Source of the DNA: Acidimicrobiaceae bacterium
GTDB lineage: Bacteria; Actinomycetota; Acidimicrobiia; Acidimicrobiales; Aldehydirespiratoraceae
Direction: 5' to 3'
Assembly: GCA_026710865.1 (NCBI GenBank)
Contig: JAPOQG010000204.1
Span: 9,318 to 73,317, forward strand
Length of the DNA: 64,000 nt
Shown here: positions 7,712 to 16,822 of the stretch, piece by piece
How positions within the stretch are numbered: position 1 is the first letter of the stretch
Layout: every line of letters starts with the position of its first letter
Position numbers and translations under genes: made by a program
Notes under the pieces: model-generated
The model's input: the letters and a program-made list of their open reading frames with translations, nothing else
Databases searched by the model: none
Told to the model about the DNA's origin: nothing

Positions 7712-9667
7712 CTAGAGATCCGTCTTCAGCAGATCCGAGTACAGGTTGCGCAGGCCCCTTCTGGCGCTCGCGATGTGTTCGAGGTGGCCTCGGGCGGCCT
7801 CTCCTGCTCGCGAAGCCCACGAGTCGTCGAATGGCGGAAGCATGAGCGAGAGCACGTCCTCGGCATCGATCCGGCGGCGCGAGCTCGATGTGCCGCGGCC
7901 CAGCGGAGCGATCTGTCGACGAACAAGTGGGTGCTGGAGCAGCACAAGCGCGGTGTACGGATCAAGATCCGGACGGAACACACCAAACTCGGCAGAGCAT
8001 TGGACTTGCCCGACACGAGACGGAACGACGGCTGCCCTGAACTTGCCTGGGTTGAGCAACGAGACGAGCAGCTCGCCGGGCTCTGCCAGTTGGCCAGGGG
8101 TCACCGGCCGATGCGTCCAGGCGAGGTCCCAGTCAACTGCACCGAGCTTGTCCACATGGAGGACCGACACGAACGGCAGGCCGCCAGCCACCGGCGAGCG
8201 GCGCTTGCCGTTGAACTGAAGGATCGTCCTCGCCTCAAGGCCCCCCGCGTCCTTGAGTTCGCCGCGCGCCGCCTCAGCATCCTCGTCGAGGGTCGAAGCA
8301 TCAAGACTGCCCAAGTCGGCATACCGTCTCGTCGCCATCCGCTTCGAGGGCTGCCAGGAATCCGGGTGGGCGATGAATCGACGGATGTCCTCAGCGATCC
8401 CGGGAAGGTCATCACCGCCAGGGTCGCAGGCCGGCGAACCCTTGCTCATAACGAACCCGACGTGATCGGCTCGCGCGAGGAACACATGCTTCCTCGATTC
8501 GGCAGGCGCCTTCCGCAGAAAGGTCACGCTGGTCTTCGCCGTTGTCCCGGCTGGCGCGAATGTGGCTGGTGGAAGGCTGATGACCCCTTCCACACCCAGC
8601 GGCAGGTCAAGCCGTGCCCTGCTGAGCAGGAGTTCCCGCATCGCTCGACCGTCCCCGATGCCGTCGGGAAGAATAATGCCCGCTATGCCGCCCGGCGCTA
8701 GAAGCTCGATACAGCGAGCCACGAACGCGAGCGCCGGGTCCACACGCAGGGATCCCGCCAGGATCGGAAAGCAGTACGCCGTCTGCTCTATTCCTTCGGC
8801 GGAGTCGTACTTCTTGTCCCCGAACGGGGGATTGGTCAAGATCAGAGAGAACCTGCCGCGCTGCTGCGACACCTGCTTGTCTGTGATGGAGTCGCCCACG
8901 ACGAACACCTCCGGCGTGCGGATCCCGGCCGCCATGAGGTTCACACGCGCCATTGCGACCGACGATGCGGACTGGTCCGCGCCGAACAGCGGACCACCAC
9001 GCTCGAGCCAGCCTTCGCCGAGACCGCGTCGTCGAGCCTCGTGAAGCAGGCCGACGAGGAAGCGGCCGCTGCCACAGCACGGGTCGCCCATCAGAGTCGA
9101 GCCGTCGTTCACGAGTTCGGCCGAGAGAAGCTCGAGACCAACCGTCACCATGAGTTCGACGACACCCTCGGGCGTGAGGTAAGTCCCCAGGCCTCCGGCG
9201 TGCTCGTATTTGCCGCGCAGGAAGACATCGAAGGCCGTGCCTACAGGGTCGGACGCTCCAACAGCCCCCAGTTCGATGCCGCCAAGGATGCGCACCGCCT
9301 CCGAGAGCACGTCTGGTCTCGCAATCCGAAGGGGCTCGTCCAGCGGCCAGACCGGTTGCGCCTCGCCGCTCGGCAGCAGGGCACTCAGCGACGGCAGACT
9401 GTTCGCGACGCGGAACGCTGCTTTGGCTCGTGGGATGCTGTCGTCCGGTCTTGACGGGACGCGGTCCATGACGTCGGCGAGGCTTCCGAAGCCCGGTACG
9501 ACGGCGTCTGGCTCTCGCTCGGCCGCGATCCTCAACAGGAGCAGCTTTGTGAGTTCCTCTACCGCAGCGTTGGAGGGACGAATGCCCCCGCGCGTGTAGA
9601 GGAGCTGGTGAAGGCCATCAAGTTCTCTGGCCAGTTCAATTGGCGCAGCGCTCATCGTCGTCCTCAT
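7712..9667 (-). CDS. N6-adenine DNA methyltransferase (gamma class) with a fused C-terminal target-recognition region
   Basis: 651 aa. AdoMet motif GDPCCGSGRFLVG, followed by catalytic LILTNPPFGDKKY (about 8822-8836). About 250 aa after the catalytic core resemble an HsdS-type TRD. Confidence 0.85.
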   Translation of the reverse strand: MRTTMSAAPIELARELDGLHQLLYTRGGIRPSNAAVEELTKLLLLRIAAEREPDAVVPGFGSLADVMDRVPSRPDDSIPRAKAAFRVANSLPSLSALLPSGEAQPVWPLDEPLRIARPDVLSEAVRILGGIELGAVGASDPVGTAFDVFLRGKYEHAGGLGTYLTPEGVVELMVTVGLELLSAELVNDGSTLMGDPCCGSGRFLVGLLHEARRRGLGEGWLERGGPLFGADQSASSVAMARVNLMAAGIRTPEVFVVGDSITDKQVSQQRGRFSLILTNPPFGDKKYDSAEGIEQTAYCFPILAGSLRVDPALAFVARCIELLAPGGIAGIILPDGIGDGRAMRELLLSRARLDLPLGVEGVISLPPATFAPAGTTAKTSVTFLRKAPAESRKHVFLARADHVGFVMSKGSPACDPGGDDLPGIAEDIRRFIAHPDSWQPSKRMATRRYADLGSLDASTLDEDAEAARGELKDAGGLEARTILQFNGKRRSPVAGGLPFVSVLHVDKLGAVDWDLAWTHRPVTPGQLAEPGELLVSLLNPGKFRAAVVPSRVGQVQCSAEFGVFRPDLDPYTALVLLQHPLVRRQIAPLGRGTSSSRRRIDAEDVLSLMLPPFDDSWASRAGEAARGHLEHIASARRGLRNLYSDLLKTDL

Positions 9668-10130
9668 CGATACTTCCCTCCTGCGTTCTGTTCATCGAGT
9701 CGTCGGCTCCGCGAGGTTCCTCATCGTCCTTGGACTGTGTGACAATGGCCTGCCCACGGCCGTCGAGTCGACCGGTCCGGACCGCCCATTGACGCACATC
9801 CGGCCAATACCAGACGAGCGTGCGAGAAATTGCCGCAAGGGGCTGCGGGAACTCGCCATGGCGCCGACGCCAGTCGTGCACGACCTGGAGGCGCTTGACG
9901 CCGAGCCGCGCGGCAATCTCGGCTGCGCCGACCAACTCGTCGACATCAACGCTGCGACCCACGCCCGCATCCTGCCACACTCTGCGTACATGTTGACGCA
10001 CCCCCCGTCTCGCGAATCGGCGCTGGTCTTGGGCCGCGGCGAGGCGCTCGGATCGAGGGTCACCCGAGCTTGGCTCCGGCGCGTTCGCGGCCGCGCGGTC
10101 GGGCCTGCGGATGAAGTCGATGCCTGGCAT
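9636..10130 (-). CDS. helix-turn-helix DNA-binding protein (excisionase/MerR-like) with an acidic tail
   Basis: Starts at the internal ATG at 10130 (MPGIDF..). Contains VDELVGAAEIAARLGVKRLQVVHDWRRRHGEFPQP...WYWPDVRQWAVRTGR. Its 3' end overlaps the methylase start by 32 nt. Confidence 0.6.
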   Translation of the reverse strand: MPGIDFIRRPDRAAANAPEPSSGDPRSERLAAAQDQRRFARRGVRQHVRRVWQDAGVGRSVDVDELVGAAEIAARLGVKRLQVVHDWRRRHGEFPQPLAAISRTLVWYWPDVRQWAVRTGRLDGRGQAIVTQSKDDEEPRGADDSMNRTQEGSIDEDDDERCAN

Positions 10131-10234
10131 GTGGGCCTGAGCGGTACGAGTGCTGGGTGTGCTGAAGCGCGACGGCGCCCCGGCGACGGAGAAGTCACCG
10201 GGGCGCCCCCGCCCTACCGGGGCGTCGCTGCGGC

Positions 10235-10837
10235 TTACTGAAGTGAGCCGATGTCGCTTGCAGCGATGCCCAGGGCGTCCCACGCGGGCTCGAGAGCGGC
10301 GCGCACCTCGCCGCCGAATCCGTTCGCGCCGGGCGGGTTGTCCAGGTTGAAGACGGCGTCCATGGCGTCAGCGTCGGCGCCGGCTGGAACCATGTATGCC
10401 TCGACCACCCGCCAGAAGGCCAAGCCCTCAGCCTGGTGCTCCTTGGCCTTGGCGTCGTTGCCGTCGGCCAGGTCGCCCTCGATCAGGCTGGCGTAGCGGA
10501 TCGCCGCCTGCGAGTAGGTGATGGCCAGGCCGCGAACAGCCTCGGCGGCGGCTGCCTCCGCGCCCGCCGCGTCAATGTTGAGCAGAGCGTCGCGGCCCGC
10601 GATCATCGCGGCCAGGATCGTCTCGTTGGCCTGGGCGGTCTCGCCGTCGGCGCCGACCGTGCCGAAGTTGGCGGCCCGCTTGTTGCCGGTGGCGTAGGGG
10701 GCGCAGCCCGGCTCGGCTCCGTGGAAGAAGGCCCAGCCCTCGTCCCAGTTGTGGACCGCGCCGCCGGCCACGTCGAAGTTGCCATCGTGGGCCTTGGCCA
10801 GCGCGGCGTTGAACTCGTGGATCGTCCAGGCCACCAT
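10235..10837 (-). CDS. hypothetical protein, probably 5'-truncated; possibly an extracytoplasmic iron-related protein
   Basis: 200 aa in a very high-GC3 frame, so it is real coding sequence. There is no signal peptide. The frame stays open upstream of the first ATG into the glycosyltransferase 3' end. The gene is adjacent to an iron ABC transporter. Confidence 0.5.
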   Translation of the reverse strand: MVAWTIHEFNAALAKAHDGNFDVAGGAVHNWDEGWAFFHGAEPGCAPYATGNKRAANFGTVGADGETAQANETILAAMIAGRDALLNIDAAGAEAAAAEAVRGLAITYSQAAIRYASLIEGDLADGNDAKAKEHQAEGLAFWRVVEAYMVPAGADADAMDAVFNLDNPPGANGFGGEVRAALEPAWDALGIAASDIGSLQ

Positions 10838-12528
10838 GATCTGGTTCTGGATGCCCTTCTCCGCGCCGCATTGAGCTCCCGGTAGACGGCGGGGACCACG
10901 TTGCGCAAGTAGCGACCGAGCTTCACGAAGCTCTGACCCGTGACCCGGAAGCGGTAGCTGATCGGCACCTCGGCGTACCGGTAGCCCTTGGCCAGCAGAT
11001 CGAGAGTCAGCACCTGGGCGTAGTTGTAGTCGTGGATGATCTCCGCGTCGGCTGCGGCTGCGCCCGAGAAGGCCCGGTAGCCGGTCTGGCCGTCGGTTAT
11101 CCGCCGCCGCGCAACCAGCGAGAGCACCGCGGTGAGCACGAGGTTTCCGAACCGGCGATGCGGTCTCATGTGGTGGATCCGTCCGAGGAACCGGCTACCG
11201 GCCACATAGTCGGCGTGCCCCGCCAGCACCGGTGCCACCAGGGCAGCCAACTCCTCGGGCGGGTACTCGCCGTCGGCGTCGCAGAAGGCGACGGCCGCGG
11301 CTCCCCGCTCGACCGCGGCCGCCAGCCCCACCCGCACTGCCGCGCCCAGGCCGCGATTCTCGCCCAGGCTGATCACCTCCGCGCCCGCAGCCCGGGCCCG
11401 CGACGCAGTGGCGTCGGTCGAGCCGTCGTCGACCACGAGCACATCGACGGGCCTGCCCAGCACTTCTGCCGGTGCCCGCCGTACGCAGCCGCCCACCGAC
11501 TCCTCCTCGTTGTACGCAGGCATGAAGAGCACCACTGGAGCGTCGCCGGCCATCCCAACTGGCATGGCCGCCCCACCGGCCGACAATTCAACCGGCTCGG
11601 GAGAGTCAACCGGCTCAGGAGCGCGCCGCAGCCGGAACCGACCGGCGAGGCTGGGTGCGGGGACGAACAGAGCGATCGCGCCGGCGCCAAGCGAGTATGC
11701 GGTCTTGAGGGCGTGGGCGGCCAGCGCGGCCACCAGCGCATCGCCCGTCTCATGGCCGAGGGCGACGTAGGCCGCGACCGCGGCCGCCTCGTAGGTCCCG
11801 AATCCGCCGGGAGCGATCGCCGCCACCTGAGCGGCGACCGAGACCGCGGTGACGCCCACTGCCTCCGCGGCGGTGATCTCCAGTCCGGCCCACTGCGCGG
11901 CCTGCCATACGAGCACCGCTTCGCACAGCCAGGCCACGACCGACAGACCCAGCGCAGCCGGGCCCGGCAGCCGAACGTCGGGGCGCTGCCCGGCCAACCG
12001 GTGCAGCCACAGCCAAGCCGCCAGCGCGGCTGCGGCCACACCGGCAAACACGAACCAGCCGCTCCAACCAGCCAGACCGGCCAGCGCGGCCGGGCCTGCC
12101 ACCAGGCCCAGTCCCACCACGGCCAGCAGGTCGGCCGAGCGCAGGGCGACCACCGAGGCGGTGGCCGAGTCCAGGCTCGCTCCGGCTCGGCGGACCACGC
12201 TGACGACTCGCATCGGCTCGCCCAGGCGCAGCGGGAGCAGGTGATTGCCGCCCAGGGCCAAGTGGATCCCGCTCAGGGCGTGGCCGAAGCTCAGGCCTGG
12301 GAGTACTCGGCGCCAAGCCGCCGCCCGAAGCAGGAACGCCACGCCGAACGCTGCCACCGCCGCGAGGATCCGAACCGGCTCGCCTCGAGCTGTCCGGGCG
12401 GCCTGGGCGAGCGCTTGGCCGTCCACCGCCGACCAGATCACGGCGACCGACAGGGCGGTAACCGCTAGGACCAGCACCGGCACGACACCGCGGGGAAGGC
12501 GCTCTCTGAGCGAGGAGATCAAGTTCAC
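10603..12528 (-). CDS. fusion protein: flippase-like/lysyl-PG-synthase-type TM domain plus family 2 glycosyltransferase; the 3' end is aberrant
   Basis: GTG start at 12528. The N-terminal part is polytopic membrane. The GT2 core is VVLFMPAYNEEESV..VLVVDDGSTDAT..DADGEYPPEE. The homology-like sequence ends near YRELN (about 10875), and the last ~90 codons are an out-of-frame read-through of the neighbouring gene. Confidence 0.75.
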   Translation of the reverse strand: MNLISSLRERLPRGVVPVLVLAVTALSVAVIWSAVDGQALAQAARTARGEPVRILAAVAAFGVAFLLRAAAWRRVLPGLSFGHALSGIHLALGGNHLLPLRLGEPMRVVSVVRRAGASLDSATASVVALRSADLLAVVGLGLVAGPAALAGLAGWSGWFVFAGVAAAALAAWLWLHRLAGQRPDVRLPGPAALGLSVVAWLCEAVLVWQAAQWAGLEITAAEAVGVTAVSVAAQVAAIAPGGFGTYEAAAVAAYVALGHETGDALVAALAAHALKTAYSLGAGAIALFVPAPSLAGRFRLRRAPEPVDSPEPVELSAGGAAMPVGMAGDAPVVLFMPAYNEEESVGGCVRRAPAEVLGRPVDVLVVDDGSTDATASRARAAGAEVISLGENRGLGAAVRVGLAAAVERGAAAVAFCDADGEYPPEELAALVAPVLAGHADYVAGSRFLGRIHHMRPHRRFGNLVLTAVLSLVARRRITDGQTGYRAFSGAAAADAEIIHDYNYAQVLTLDLLAKGYRYAEVPISYRFRVTGQSFVKLGRYLRNVVPAVYRELNAARRRASRTRSWWPGRSTSSTPRWPRPTMATSTWPAARSTTGTRAGPSSTEPSRAAPPTPPATSGPPTSARSAPTARPPRPTRRSWPR

Positions 12529-12585
12529 GAGATTTCGTTAGGGTAACTTTACGATTTTCGCAAACCGACACTATAGTGATTCGCC

Positions 12586-13653
12586 ATGATCCGACCAATC
12601 CTCCCCATGATGCTTGTCACAGCCCTGATCGCAGGATCCTGCTCAGGAGGCGAGTCCCGCATGTTGGACGGGACCGCGGCGGAGATCTACGGCGGAACCT
12701 GCGCCGGATCCAACGGCCGGGAGGTCACGGTCTACTCGGGGCGGACCGAGAATCTGATCGGCCCCGCCCTGGAGGCCTTCGCCTGCGAGACGGGCACCGA
12801 GGTCGCGGTGCGGTGGGGCAGCTCCACCGACCTGGCCCTGCTGCTGGCCGAGGAGGGTGACCGTACGCCGGCCGACGTGTTCCTGTCCCGCTCGCCGGGT
12901 CCGGTCGGGTTCCTGGAGGCCGACGCCCTGCTCGGGAGCATCGACGACGATGTGCTTGCGCTCGTGGGTGTCGACAGCCGCTCGCAGTCCGGCACCTGGG
13001 TCGGCTTCTCCGGCCGCAAGCGGGTCCTCGTCCACAACCTCGACGCCGTACCGTCAGAGGAGCTGCCAGAATCCGTGTTCGACCTCACCGATGCTCGTTA
13101 CCGGGGGCGCGTGGCCATCCCGGCCACCAACGGCTCGTTCGTCGACTGGTTCACCGTGTTCCGCGACCAGTACGGCAGCGATGTCGCCTCCCGATGGCTC
13201 AACAGCATGGTGGCCAACGACGCCCGCTACTCCCCGAACAACCGGTCGATCGTCGAGGCGGCTGGTCGTGGCGAGATCGACATGGGCCTCGTGAACCACT
13301 ACTACCAGTACCAGGAGGCCGCGACCGCCGGCGACCGCCACCGGGCTGCCAACCACGATCTGGCCGACGGCGACATCGGGTCGCTTCTGATCATCACTGC
13401 GGCCACCATCACCGCGGACAGCGACAACCGGCAGGCAGCCAACGAACTGATCGGCTACCTGCTGTCCGAGCCGGTGCAGCGCTACTTCAGCGCCGAGACC
13501 TTCGAGTACCCGCTCGCCGCCGGGGTCGAGCCGGCCGATGTCCTGCCGCCCCTGAAGGCGTTGGAGATCGGCAGCGTCGACTTCGATGGTCTTGGCGGCG
13601 GCTTCGCCGAGACCATCGCCATCATCGAGGCGAGCGGCATTCTCGACCAGTGA
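12586..13653 (+). CDS. Fe3+ ABC transporter substrate-binding lipoprotein (FbpA/AfuA-like)
   Basis: 355 aa. Lipobox LIAGSCSGG. Typical iron-SBP sequence (VTVYSGR.E.LI.P..E.F...TG..V.VR), followed by a two-domain iron permease. Confidence 0.85.
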   Translation: MIRPILPMMLVTALIAGSCSGGESRMLDGTAAEIYGGTCAGSNGREVTVYSGRTENLIGPALEAFACETGTEVAVRWGSSTDLALLLAEEGDRTPADVFLSRSPGPVGFLEADALLGSIDDDVLALVGVDSRSQSGTWVGFSGRKRVLVHNLDAVPSEELPESVFDLTDARYRGRVAIPATNGSFVDWFTVFRDQYGSDVASRWLNSMVANDARYSPNNRSIVEAAGRGEIDMGLVNHYYQYQEAATAGDRHRAANHDLADGDIGSLLIITAATITADSDNRQAANELIGYLLSEPVQRYFSAETFEYPLAAGVEPADVLPPLKALEIGSVDFDGLGGGFAETIAIIEASGILDQ

Positions 13654-13784
13654 CCACCCATGGCGGGGCGACCGGGCAGCAACCACCTCGGGTGGCTGCA
13701 CGACGGAGGGGGTCTCAACGGGCGACATGTTGAGCCGTCGGCCGTCGGGGTGCCGCTGAAGGCCCGCGGCGGCATCCTCAATCA

Positions 13785-15404
13785 GTGACTGTCGAGACGT
13801 CGAGGCGATCGTTGCGCCCTTCGAGCGCTCCGCCGACGCTGCGGGCGGTCGGGCTGGCGCTGGCTGTGGCGTTCGCCTTCCCGGGGGTGTACCTCGTCTA
13901 CAGGAACTTCGCAGAGGGAGCCGATCCGGCCGGGCTGCTCCTCAGCGACCGCACCATCGGGCCGCTGTGGCGCTCGCTGCGCCTCGCGGTGTCGGTGTCG
14001 GCCGCGGCGCTCATGCTCGGCACCGCACTCGCCTGGCTGACAACCCGCACCGACCTTCCGCTCAACCGGCTGTGGCGGATCGTGTTGCCGCTGCCGTTGG
14101 TGTTCCCCACCTTCGTCGGCGCGGCCGCGTTCATCCACACCCTCAATCCCGGCGGGCTGGCCAACGACCTGCTCGGCGCCATCGGGGTTGACCGGACTCC
14201 CGAACTGCGGGGGTTCTTCGGCGCCTGGCTGGTATTGACCCTGATGACGTACCCGTACGTCTACCTGCCCGTGGCGGCCCGGCTGCGCCAGCTTCCGAGC
14301 ACCCTCGAGGAGAGCGCCCGAGTGCTCGGTGACACCGCGCTCAGGGTCTTCGGCCGGGTCTGCGTGCCCCAGACGGCCACCGCCATGGGCGCCGGAACTC
14401 TGCTGGTGTTCCTGTACACGCTCAGCGACTTCGGAGCGGTGCAGCTCATGCGCTACGACACCCTCACCCGGGCAATCGCCACCAACCAGCTCGCCAACCC
14501 GCCGGTGGCGCTGGCTCTGAGCCTGATGCTGCTGGTGCTGGCCGCGCTGGTGGTCCTCGGCGAGCGCCGGGTCTCGCACCGATTGCCCGACGCCGGCGGC
14601 GGCCAGTCGAGCCGCCCGATGATCTACGGCCTCGGCCGCTGGCGTGCCCCGGCGCTGGGGTTCGTTGTTCTGGCGGCCGGCGGTGCCGTCGGTGCGCCCC
14701 TGGTGGCTCTGCTGGACTGGGCCGCGGGCGGGTTGGCGCGGTCCGCGACCGGCGGCCGGCCCCTCACCATCGATGCGTCCAACGTGCTGGACGCCACCGT
14801 GAACACTCTGGGCGTCAGCGCGGTCGCCGCGGTGGTGTCGACAGCCGCGGTGCTGCCCGTCGCCCTGCTGGTCGGCCGCTACCGGTCGCGTGCGGGCTCC
14901 TTCGCCCACGCGGTGGTGATCAGCACCTTCGCTCTCCCCGGCATCCTCATCGCCCTATCGATGCGGTTCTGGACCCTGCGCTCGGATCTGGCGTTCGAGC
15001 TGTTCAACGACACGATGGCGCTGCTGATCTTCGCCTACGTGGTTCGCTTCGGGTCCCTGGCCATGGGAGTGACGCTGGTGGCTGTGCGAAGCGTTCCCGA
15101 CCGGCTCCACGACTCGGCCCGGATCCTGGGCGCCGGACGGGTGCGCCGGTTCTTCTCAGTCGATGTGCCCATCATGGCGCCGGGCATGCTGGCGGGCACG
15201 GGCCTCGTGCTGCTGTCGGTCATGAAGGAGCTGCCCATCAGCCTGTTCGTGTCGCCGTTGGGCTTCTCCACGCTGGCCACCAGGATCTTCGGCTCCTTCG
15301 AGGACGCGTTCATCGCCGAGGCGGGGATCATGGCGGTCGTGCTGGTGGCCCTGTCGTTCGTGTTGACGTGGTTCCTGGTGATCCGGCGCGACGATCTGAT
15401 GTGA
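13785..15404 (+). CDS. iron ABC transporter permease (two fused permease domains, FbpB-like)
   Basis: 539 aa and polytopic. Two EAA-type loops (LEESARVLGDTALRVF.. and LHDSARILGAGRVRRF..). Confidence 0.85.
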   Translation: MTVETSRRSLRPSSAPPTLRAVGLALAVAFAFPGVYLVYRNFAEGADPAGLLLSDRTIGPLWRSLRLAVSVSAAALMLGTALAWLTTRTDLPLNRLWRIVLPLPLVFPTFVGAAAFIHTLNPGGLANDLLGAIGVDRTPELRGFFGAWLVLTLMTYPYVYLPVAARLRQLPSTLEESARVLGDTALRVFGRVCVPQTATAMGAGTLLVFLYTLSDFGAVQLMRYDTLTRAIATNQLANPPVALALSLMLLVLAALVVLGERRVSHRLPDAGGGQSSRPMIYGLGRWRAPALGFVVLAAGGAVGAPLVALLDWAAGGLARSATGGRPLTIDASNVLDATVNTLGVSAVAAVVSTAAVLPVALLVGRYRSRAGSFAHAVVISTFALPGILIALSMRFWTLRSDLAFELFNDTMALLIFAYVVRFGSLAMGVTLVAVRSVPDRLHDSARILGAGRVRRFFSVDVPIMAPGMLAGTGLVLLSVMKELPISLFVSPLGFSTLATRIFGSFEDAFIAEAGIMAVVLVALSFVLTWFLVIRRDDLM

Positions 15405-16822
15405 GCATTGGACCGTGGCCCGGGTGGCGGCCGTCGCGGCTTGCGTTGGCGATGGGCGCGGTTGCGCTCTGGACCTTCGCGATGGCCTTGCCGGCCATCG
15501 GGGCCCGGGCTTCCTACGGGGCCCGCGTCACCGCGGACGAGCCCCAGTACCTCACCACCGCCATCAGCATCGGCGAGGACTTCGACCTCGACATCAGCGA
15601 TGAGCTGGCCGAGCGCCGCTTCGAGCCCTTCCACGAGACCGACCTCAACCCCCAGACCGTCCACCTCGACGATTCGGGACGGCGCGTCAGCCCCCATGAT
15701 CCGCTGCTTCCCGCGTTGCTGGCTGTGCCCATGCGCCTGGGCGGATGGGTCGCGGCCAAGGCGACCCTGGCCGCCCTCGCGGGCGCCACTGCCGCAGCCA
15801 CCCTCTGGCTGGCAGTACGGCGGTTCGCGGTGCCCGTGGGACTTGGCGCCCTGCTGGTGGGGGGCTTCTTCGCCGCGCCTCCGTTGACGGCCTACGCCAC
15901 CCAGGTCTACCCGGAGATGCCGGCCGCGCTCTGCCTGACGCTGGGACTGGGCGCGGTGACCGGTCCCCTGCAGGCCAGGGGGCGCGCTGTTCTGCTCCTG
16001 AGCGTGGTCGCCCTGCCGTGGCTGTCGGTCAAGTACGCGCCCGTGGCGGTGGTGCTGGTCGCAGCGCTCGCCGCAAGGACATGGCGGGGCAGCCGTCGCA
16101 GGCTCGCGGTCGACCTGGCGATCCTCGCAGCCGCGGGTGTGGTCTATCTGGTCTCCCACCGAGCTGTGTACGGCGGCTGGACCGCCTATGCCAGCGGCGA
16201 CCACTTCGTGGACGGCGAGCTGCTCGTGCTCGGCCGGGATCCCGACTACGCGGGCCGCAGCCGCCGGCTGGTGGGCCTCCTGGTAGATCGGGGGTTCGGT
16301 CTGGCCGCCTGGACGCCTGCGTACCTGCTCGTGGTGCCGGCGCTGGCGGCACTGGCCCGTCGGCGCCCGCCGGGCTGGTCGGTGCTCGTCGCGGCGTTCG
16401 GGGCGGGGTACGCGGTGGCGACGTGGGCCGCGCTCACCATGCACGGCTGGTGGTGGCCCGGACGCCAGTTGGTGGTCGTGCTCCCGGTGGCGGTGGTGGC
16501 CGTGGCCGTCCTGGCAGGCAGGTCTTCCCGGCTGCTGTGGCCCTCGCTGGCGGGCTGTGCGGTGGGGATCCTCAACTGGCTGTGGCTGGTGGTGGAGTCC
16601 TCGACGGGCCACCGCACGCTCGTGACCGACTTCGAGCCGACCTCCAATCCGGTGTACCGGGCCTGGAGGGTGCTCCTGCCGGATCACCGCGACTTCGACG
16701 CAACGGCAGTGAGCCTCACCGTGGTGTGGGCGCTTGTGCTGGCGGCGACTGGAGTGTGGGCCGCGCTCAGAGCGCGACCGGAACCAGACGGGGATCGTCC
16801 CGCTGCGGTTCGACACCGGTAG
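15401..16822 (+). CDS. polytopic membrane protein, candidate GT-C-type (ArnT/PMT-like) glycosyltransferase
   Basis: GTG at 15401 overlaps the permease stop (GTGA). About 12 predicted TM segments. An early DEPQY..T loop resembles GT-C enzymes. This is a weak family call. Confidence 0.45.
   Translation: MSIGPWPGWRPSRLALAMGAVALWTFAMALPAIGARASYGARVTADEPQYLTTAISIGEDFDLDISDELAERRFEPFHETDLNPQTVHLDDSGRRVSPHDPLLPALLAVPMRLGGWVAAKATLAALAGATAAATLWLAVRRFAVPVGLGALLVGGFFAAPPLTAYATQVYPEMPAALCLTLGLGAVTGPLQARGRAVLLLSVVALPWLSVKYAPVAVVLVAALAARTWRGSRRRLAVDLAILAAAGVVYLVSHRAVYGGWTAYASGDHFVDGELLVLGRDPDYAGRSRRLVGLLVDRGFGLAAWTPAYLLVVPALAALARRRPPGWSVLVAAFGAGYAVATWAALTMHGWWWPGRQLVVVLPVAVVAVAVLAGRSSRLLWPSLAGCAVGILNWLWLVVESSTGHRTLVTDFEPTSNPVYRAWRVLLPDHRDFDATAVSLTVVWALVLAATGVWAALRARPEPDGDRPAAVRHR

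Noticed and set aside
12537-12555. Possible IdeR/DtxR iron box (TTAGGGTAACTTTACGATT) in the divergent promoter upstream of the iron-binding-protein gene.
   Set aside because: Only about 10 of 19 positions match the TTAGGTTAGGCTAACCTAA consensus. Just the left half-site is convincing and the dyad symmetry is poor. It would need a PWM scan or EMSA before being claimed.
13660-13788. A 42-codon ORF that fills the iron SBP-permease spacer. It starts 6 nt after the SBP stop and ends in a TGA overlapping the permease GTG.
   Set aside because: It has the same geometry as the relay ORFs at 277-327 and 32420-32590. However, there is no junction duplication here, the spacer is high-GC, and a stop-free run of ~40 codons is roughly a coin-flip by chance at this composition.
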